DNA from: Hyaloraphidium curvatum SAG 235-1
Taxonomy: Eukaryota > Fungi > Monoblepharomycota
DNA: 64,000 bases
Direction of reading: 5' to 3'
NCBI GenBank assembly: GCA_025558095.1
Contig: JAIVFI010000040.1
Coordinates: 62,001 to 126,000 of the forward strand
Shown: positions 57,501 through 64,000 of the stretch, piece after piece
Layout of the letters: each line of letters starts with the position of its first letter
Numbering within the stretch: position 1 is the first letter of the stretch
Notes under the pieces: generated by a model
What the model saw: the letters and a program-made list of their open reading frames with translations, nothing else
Told to the model about the DNA's origin: nothing
Database searches by the model: none
Position numbers and translations under genes: made by a program

Positions 57501-59808
57501 CCCATCTCTCGGGCAAAGACTGCGGAAGAGCTCGCGAAGCAGAAGGAGGAAGAGGAAAAGGAGCGGACCAAGAAGCTGCAAGACAAGTACGCAAAGAAGA
57601 GCGCGCCGTGGGGCCGTTTGGCGAAGGAGAATGCGCCGGAGTGGTACTTGATCATCATCGGCACTTTGGGAGTGAGTGCCCGTATTGAGCCCTGCACTCT
57701 GGCCGTTCTCATCGCCTTTGCAGACGATCGTGTTGGGGTGCATCTTCCCTGTGAGTGTTGAGCAGTGCCCACGTTCTCTTGTCAATCTCATCACTCCTTT
57801 CTCAAGCTATATGCCCTTGTCTTCGGCAACATCCTCACCGTCTTTAGGCCGGGCAACCCACAAATTCGTCAGGAAGCCAACTTCTACAGCGGCTTGTTCG
57901 TCGCGCTCGGAACCGCGAACCTCTTTGCCGCCTTCATGCAAACTGCTAGCTTCGGTATATCGGGCGAGCGCATGACAATGCGTCTTCGCGCCGCCTCTTT
58001 CCGGAAGATGCTCTACTCGGAGATTGCCTTCTTCGACGAAGAGGAGAACAGCGCGGGATCGCTCGTCGCGAAGCTCTCGAACGAAGCGACGGAGGTGAAG
58101 AGTCTCACTGGTCAGCTCATCGGCTCCCTGCTGCAAATCATCGTCACCATCCTGTGCGGCGCCATCATTGGTCTCATCTACTCGTGGCGGTTGTTCCTGG
58201 TAGGTCGCGCGCCCTCTACCGCTTCGCGCTTCTGACATGCATCGCAGGTGATCATTAGCGTCTTGCCTCTCTTGATTGCGGGCTCGTTCTTGCAGTTCCG
58301 CACATTCTCCGGTACCGAAGGTGCGACGAAACAGCGATACGAGAGGGCGTCGAAGGTCGCATCGGAAGCGATCTCGGAGATCAGGACCGGTGAGCTTCAT
58401 TCAAGTTTCGATGGTTCCATCGTCCGTCTAAAGCGTACGCAATTCCAGTTGCACCTCTGACAAAGGAGCAGGTCTTTCTGGACATGTACAAGTCGAACGT
58501 TGCCGAGCCGCACCGCTTTGCCATCAGATCGGCGTTCATTGCGTCGGCCGGCAGCGGTTTTGCGCAGTCGTTCCTCTACCTGCTCTACGCTCTCGCGTTC
58601 TGGTACGCGGGCGTGCTGGTGCTGGATGGCCTCTCCACCGGCACGGACGTTCAAGTGGCGGTGAGCGGTCCAACGCTGAGCCCAGTCTGGTGCCTCGTCC
58701 TCACACGGCCCCTTTTCGTTGTTCTAGATCTTCTCCGTAGTTTTCATGACGATCCCCATCGGCCAGGCGTCGGCGTTCCGTGAGTGGCTTGCAGTTTGGC
58801 GGGCTTTCGCCGGGGCTCACAAACCCCCAGTTCCAAACGTCGCCAAAGCCAAGATAGCGGCCCTCGACGTCTTCGAACTTCTCGACAGGCAGTCGCGCAT
58901 CAATGCAGCCTCTGCATCCGGGCAGAAGCGGGATCCCAAGGGCCAGGTGGATGCGAAGGAGATCGAGTTCAACTACCCGACACGCCCAACCGTGCCCGTC
59001 CTGCGCGGAACCACGCTGGGAGCCCAGCCGGGCGAGACTATTGCGTGCGTCGGTCCCAGCGGAGCTGGCAAGTCGACGATCATCGGGCTCGTGCTTCGAT
59101 TCTACGACATAATCTCGGGCCGCCTCACCGTCGAAGAACTGGAGGTCCGGGACTGGGTGCTCCGCAACCTGCGCCTCGAGATGGCGCTCGTCGGGCAGGA
59201 ACCAGTCCTGTTCTCGATGTCAATTGCAGACAACATTGCAGCGGGCAAGCCGGCGGAATTGGGACCCGCGAGCCGGGCCGAGATCGAGGCCGCCGCACGG
59301 CAAGCGAACATACACAACTTCGTCATGAAGCTTCCCAACGGCTACGACACAACTGTCGGTGAATCGGGCAGCCTTCTTTCTGGAGGACAGAAGCAGAGGG
59401 TCGCCATCGCGCGCGCGCTCATCCGGCAACCCAAGATCCTGCTGCTGGACGAAGCAACGGCGGCACTCGAGTGCGTCTCGCCTTCGCCATTGATTGTCTG
59501 ATCTCGTTGACGCACGCATCCGCAGCTCGGCCAGCGAAAAAGTAGTTCAGGAAGCGCTGGACGCCGCCTCCTCCGGACGGACGACGCTGGTCATTGCCCA
59601 CCGCCTGTGAGCCCAAGACCCTTGTCATTGATGTGCTTCAGCTAACGGACATCCGCGCAGGTCGACGATCCAGGGGGCTGATCGCATCTTCGTCTTCAAC
59701 GAAGGCCGCATCTGCGAATCGGGGAAGCACATGGAGCTCCTCGAGAAGGACGGCGTTTATGCGTCGCTCGTTCGCCAGCAGGCCCTCACGGCGACCGCCG
59801 AGGAGTAG
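54562..59808 (+). CDS. ABCB1: Full-length ABCB1/MDR P-glycoprotein-type ABC transporter, multi-exon
   Basis: Two TMDs and two NBDs: [30 protein letters not shown] and [30 protein letters not shown]; IAHRL. Confidence 0.93.
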
Positions 59809-59992
59809 AACGCCGCCGCATCTTGATCGTGTATTCGTCCGTGTGGAAAAGAATGATCATCTTTAGAGACTCGTCGTGCCTCGATGGAGATTTGGGAAGC
59901 GCCTCAATGTCTACGAGTCGCGGAGTTTCGCGCAGTTGGCGCCAGCTGTGTCCCCCACACGCCACCTTCTCGCGGAGCAGCGAAACGGCACG

Positions 59993-60937
59993 ATGCGCGG
60001 CCAGGTGGACATCTGGACCCCTGCGGTCGAGGGCGACGTCGCCTTTTTCCGCAGGTCCTTCGCGAACGGCCCCGGCGCCACGGAGCCGCTAGGGGTCGGC
60101 CGCGTGGCATCGCCGCGCCCGTGGGAGAAGAGGCCGCCTCTGCTCAGCGAATCGGACGAGCCGGAAGAAGAAGATGTTGGGTCCGACGGCGCCGAGGAGC
60201 CCGACTCCGGTTCGGAACGTGGCTCCGTGTCTGGGGAGGACGACGACCTCGGGGACGAGGAAGTGGGTTCGGGCGAGCCTCCGATCCCCCATATCGACAC
60301 GCCGGGCCTCGCGAGGGACGAGGCCGGTGAGCTGGAGCGGCGAGGGCGGTTCAAGGGTGTGGCCAACAACGGCCGGAGATGGGTGCTCGCCGGAGGACTC
60401 TCGGCCAAGGACGCCTCAAAGAAGGCGACGCCCCTCGTCTTTGCGATCGTCTGTGGCAACGCCGGACTCGTGCAGGCGCTTTTGGAGCTTGGTGCCAGCC
60501 CGCTGGCGGGCAACGCGCTGGCCGTGGCGGAGAGGAACGGCCAGGGGAGGGTCCTTGAAGCCCTCCGCGCCGCGGGAGGGAGGAGCGCCGTGGCCGCCCT
60601 GGCCATCGAGCGTAGGCCGTCGCCGTTTGCTCCGGACGGGCCGTTTCGGAGCCCGAGCCGCGCCGGACGGGAAGAGGGAAGGCCGGGAGGCAAGGGCAAG
60701 AAGAGCGCGCGGAGGGACCGTCTGGCGGCAGGAGAGGGCGACGGCGATTCGATAGCCAGCGACGACGGCTCGGAGCGCCTGTCGTTGGCTGGAGACGACG
60801 AGGACACGCTGGCCGGCTCTGATCCTCCGGTTCCGCGCTGGAGGAAGGATCTGGTCGGCGAGAACGAGTCGCGGAGGAAGGAACGCCAGCGCTCGAGGCA
60901 GAAGGATAGGGACTCGAAGACCGATTTTGATTTCTGA
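59993..60937 (+). CDS. Ankyrin-repeat protein with acidic and basic disordered regions
   Basis: DIWTPAVEGDV; TPLVFAIVCGNAGLVQALLELGASP; ALAVAERNGQGRVLEAL. Confidence 0.7.
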   Translation: MRGQVDIWTPAVEGDVAFFRRSFANGPGATEPLGVGRVASPRPWEKRPPLLSESDEPEEEDVGSDGAEEPDSGSERGSVSGEDDDLGDEEVGSGEPPIPHIDTPGLARDEAGELERRGRFKGVANNGRRWVLAGGLSAKDASKKATPLVFAIVCGNAGLVQALLELGASPLAGNALAVAERNGQGRVLEALRAAGGRSAVAALAIERRPSPFAPDGPFRSPSRAGREEGRPGGKGKKSARRDRLAAGEGDGDSIASDDGSERLSLAGDDEDTLAGSDPPVPRWRKDLVGENESRRKERQRSRQKDRDSKTDFDF

Positions 60938-61447
60938 TTCGTGTTCTTGTTAGTTCTTGATGCATAGCACTGTGGATTTCGAAGCTAGAGGTGATAAACT
61001 AACCCTCGGCCCAGTCCAAGCACCTTTCGGCTCAAAGTGCAGTCCATGGCATCTAAAGCGTCTCTGCATTTCGAGCAAGCTGTGTCTGCTGCAGGATCGA
61101 TTAGGAAAGATTCCGTTTCCTTTAGCACCGAGCAGACGCAGTTGCGGATGAATGCGGATTCGCTTTCCTGGAGGTGCCCGCCCGTGTCGGACGAGCAAAC
61201 ATTTGCCATCATCATCCTGGATGAGCAATTCGTGTTCGGAGAGGGCCCTCGCGGGTTAGTCACAGGGGTGCGCTCTCTAGGGGTCCCGATTTGATTGATT
61301 GGGTGGCGGTGCTGATGCGCCGGGTCCCTCGCGCCTACTCCTTTTAGAAGAACCGACTGATCATCGGATCGGGCCCTCCTCCACGCACTGCCCCCCGCCG
61401 CAGCAGTTTCGGAGGCCAGCGCGGCACCTCTTTTCCCCTCCCACCCC

Positions 61448-64000
61448 ATGGCGACGCATCGCCCGAGCCGCGGGGCTCCCGGTGCCCCGATGGCATTCGG
61501 CGTCTCGGCGGCGCGCGGGCTCCTGCTCGGGCTCGCGGCGCTCCTCCTCGCGGCGCTGGCCGCGCCGCCGCCGCTCGCGGCCGCGATGCCCGAGGGCATG
61601 CCGGCCGGCTACACCTCCGAGGACATGGCGCGCAACCTGGGGTGCGTGCGCCGCCGCCCGCCCCGGCTCCCCTGACCCCCCCGCAGCCTGACCACCGACT
61701 TCCTCTTCCTGCCCGACGAGCGCTGTCTCGTCGTGCTCAAGTCCGGCCGCATCCTCATGCTCAAGGGCAAGAAGGTCACCGGCATCGTCGCCGACCTGTC
61801 GGACCGCCTGGGCTCGCACGTCGGCGACCGCGGCATGCTCACAATCGAGCACCACCCTAAATTCCCCGAGGTGCCGTACGTCTACATCGGCTACGTCTAC
61901 GACGGCACGAAGGAGGAGATTCAGGAAATCTTCGCCCCGCTGGCCTCGGACTCGCCAAAGGGCGACCCCTACTACCCCGTCGGCCCCAAGCTGGACCGCC
62001 TGTCCCGCTTCACCATGACCGGCGACACCATCGACCCCAAGTCGGAGGTCATCCTCATCGGCAACTGCACGCGGCGCCAGGGCATCTGGTGGGGCGACGA
62101 CTGCGCGGTGGGTCCCGTTGGCGGCGCGCATTCGCATAGGCGCTGACCTCGCCCGGCGCAGCCCATGGTCGGCATCACCCACAGCATCAACTGGATCAAG
62201 TTCGGTCCCGACGGCGCCATGTGGGTGTCCGTGGGCGACGGCGCGAGCTTCGAGGGCACGGACTGGACCCCGAACATCGGCAACAACTGGCTCGGGCCCA
62301 TGGACGTCAACTTCCTACCGGGCAAGATCTTGCGTCTGGACGAGAACGGCAACGGCCTGCCCGACAACCCGTACTACAGCGGTGACCCGACGCAGGCCCG
62401 TTCGAGGGTTTGGGCGACGGGCATCCGTCAGCCGTGGCGGTGCGCGTTCGTGCCCGACACCAACCCGCCGGAGCTCCTGTGCGGTATCGTCGGGTGGTAC
62501 ACGTGGGAGACCCTGACCTACATTCACAAGGGCGCCAACCTCGGCTGGCCCTGCTGGGAGGTTCGTGGCGACGGCGGGCAGCCTCGCGTTTGGGCGACGT
62601 CTCACGCGTTCGCCACCAGGGACCCGAGAAGCCGCCCTACTTCGTTATCAACGGCACCGGCAACTGGGACGACGCCATCTGCCAGGACTTCTACCGCGGA
62701 AACACCACGTTCCCCAAGATCGACGTCCAGGTCGTGCCGTTCAACCAGTCGTACCACGTCTACGGATGGAACCACAACGGCCAGAGCTCCGCGATCGTTG
62801 CCGGCGTCTTTGCCCCTCCGTCGATGGCGAACGAGTTCAAGGATTGCATCTTTGTCGGCGATTTCGTTTCCAGCCGCGTGGAGTGCGTTCCTTGGGACTT
62901 CAGTGGGTTGGCCGGTCAAGTTCCAGCTCGGGCTTTGATCTTATCGCTTTTGTTCCGCAGACACAAAGCGACCCGTAGGCTTCGACATCAACACCCGCCT
63001 GGGGTGGAACAACGTACCGGCGAAGCCCCTGGGAACCAAGTTTGCGCAGCCCGTGACCTTCAAGGTCGGGCCCGACGGCAACCTTTGGGTTCTCGGCCAC
63101 TGCGTGCAGTGCTCCGGCTACGGTATTCTCCGCAGGGTCATCCCGCCGGGCGGGAACACCACCGTGCCTTTCGGCAACGCAACCGTCACCGGCCCCTCAA
63201 CCGGCGGCGGTGACGGCCTTGTCATCCTCACGGGCGACCAGTGTTACCCCAAGGACCAGCCCCGGATCGTCGTGGCGGACCTGCCCAACGGCTGGGACTC
63301 GATCATGTACGTCAGCCAGTTCCCCAACGTCCGCTACCCCCGCAATGGCAACATGGGCCCGATGGAGCTGGACTCCTCGGTCGGCAGCCGGGCTCCCCTG
63401 GATGGTACCCTCATGAGCGTCGGCGGCGTGACGTACCGGAACGGTCTCGGCACGTTCGCGACCTCGGAGGTGCACCTTCCCATCCTCGGCTACTGCTACC
63501 GGTTCACGGCCGAAGTCGGTGTCGACGACGAGGTGCTGAAGACCGCCCCCGCCGGTACCCTGACCTATGCAGACAAGGGCTTTGGTGGGTAGATTGTGGC
63601 CCTGCTTGTCGGCCGGCTCCTGACTGGTGCTCCCGCGACAGGCGAGTTCATCCTCAAGGGCGATGGTGCGATGATCTACAACCACACGGCCTTCACCGGC
63701 ACCTACGCCAAGACGGGTGTCATGGCCACGAAGATGGAGGTCATCGACCTCAACCGCTACTCCGACCTCGGGCTGTACGCCTGGAAGCCGTGGGGCAACA
63801 CCATGCCCATGGCCGATATCTCGGCGAACCACCTCGACTGGGCCGAGCCCCGCGTGTACTGCGGCCCGGACTCGCCCTACATTCCCAAGGTGGACATTTC
63901 ATACCCGGAGCCGAAAAACACCTTCACGCTCGGCGAGCAAGTCATCTTCTCGGGCGTCGTCAAGTCCTACGACGACTCCGCGCTCACCTCCGCGTCCTAT
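61448..64000 (+). CDS. Secreted glucose/sorbosone dehydrogenase-like beta-propeller + NPCBM/NEW2 protein, runs off window
   Basis: Signal/TM; GDRGMLTIEHHPKF, IKFGPDGAMWVSVGDG, GKILRLD..G..PDNPY, GIRQPWR, GANLGWPCWEG; NPCBM-like MELDSSVG..DG..GGVTYRNGLGT..RFTAEVGVDDE. Confidence 0.85.

Noticed and set aside
1-64000. tRNA, rRNA or other structured RNA genes
   Set aside because: None recognised by eye; tRNAscan-SE or Infernal would be needed to exclude them.

Overview
GC-rich, gene-dense eukaryotic DNA with many short (about 50-70 nt) GT-AG introns. A Zn(II)2Cys6 factor, an Nrg1-type C2H2 factor and an Aim19-like gene point to a fungus, probably an early-diverging lineage (inference). About 25 loci are present: DIS3L2 (5'-truncated by the window), tandem DUF1330, a class B flavin monooxygenase, a stand-alone class III nucleotide cyclase, Aim19-like, three alpha/beta hydrolases (one apparently catalytically dead), an Nrg1-like TF, two paralogous 7-TM proteins flanking a frameshifted F-box gene, a degenerate DUF6687-like protein, a PPR-like protein, an MTHFR-like barrel, a KDEL protein divergent from a sulfotransferase, a BBE oxidase relic, an EEP-family enzyme, a Cys-repeat/prion-like protein, OMA1, ABCB1, an ankyrin protein and a 3'-truncated GSDH-NPCBM protein. 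A near-perfect 3x tandem duplication of a 5,191-bp unit (16598-32167) carries the Zn-cluster TF. Most notable are (1) the intronless cyclase with an intact catalytic core but non-canonical base-specifying residues, (2) the gustatory-receptor-like (7TMIC) pair with a CPC..C motif, (3) the recent TF triplication with diverging copies, and (4) several bacterial-like or pseudo-enzyme genes. All family assignments come from motif recognition by eye; no database searches were run.
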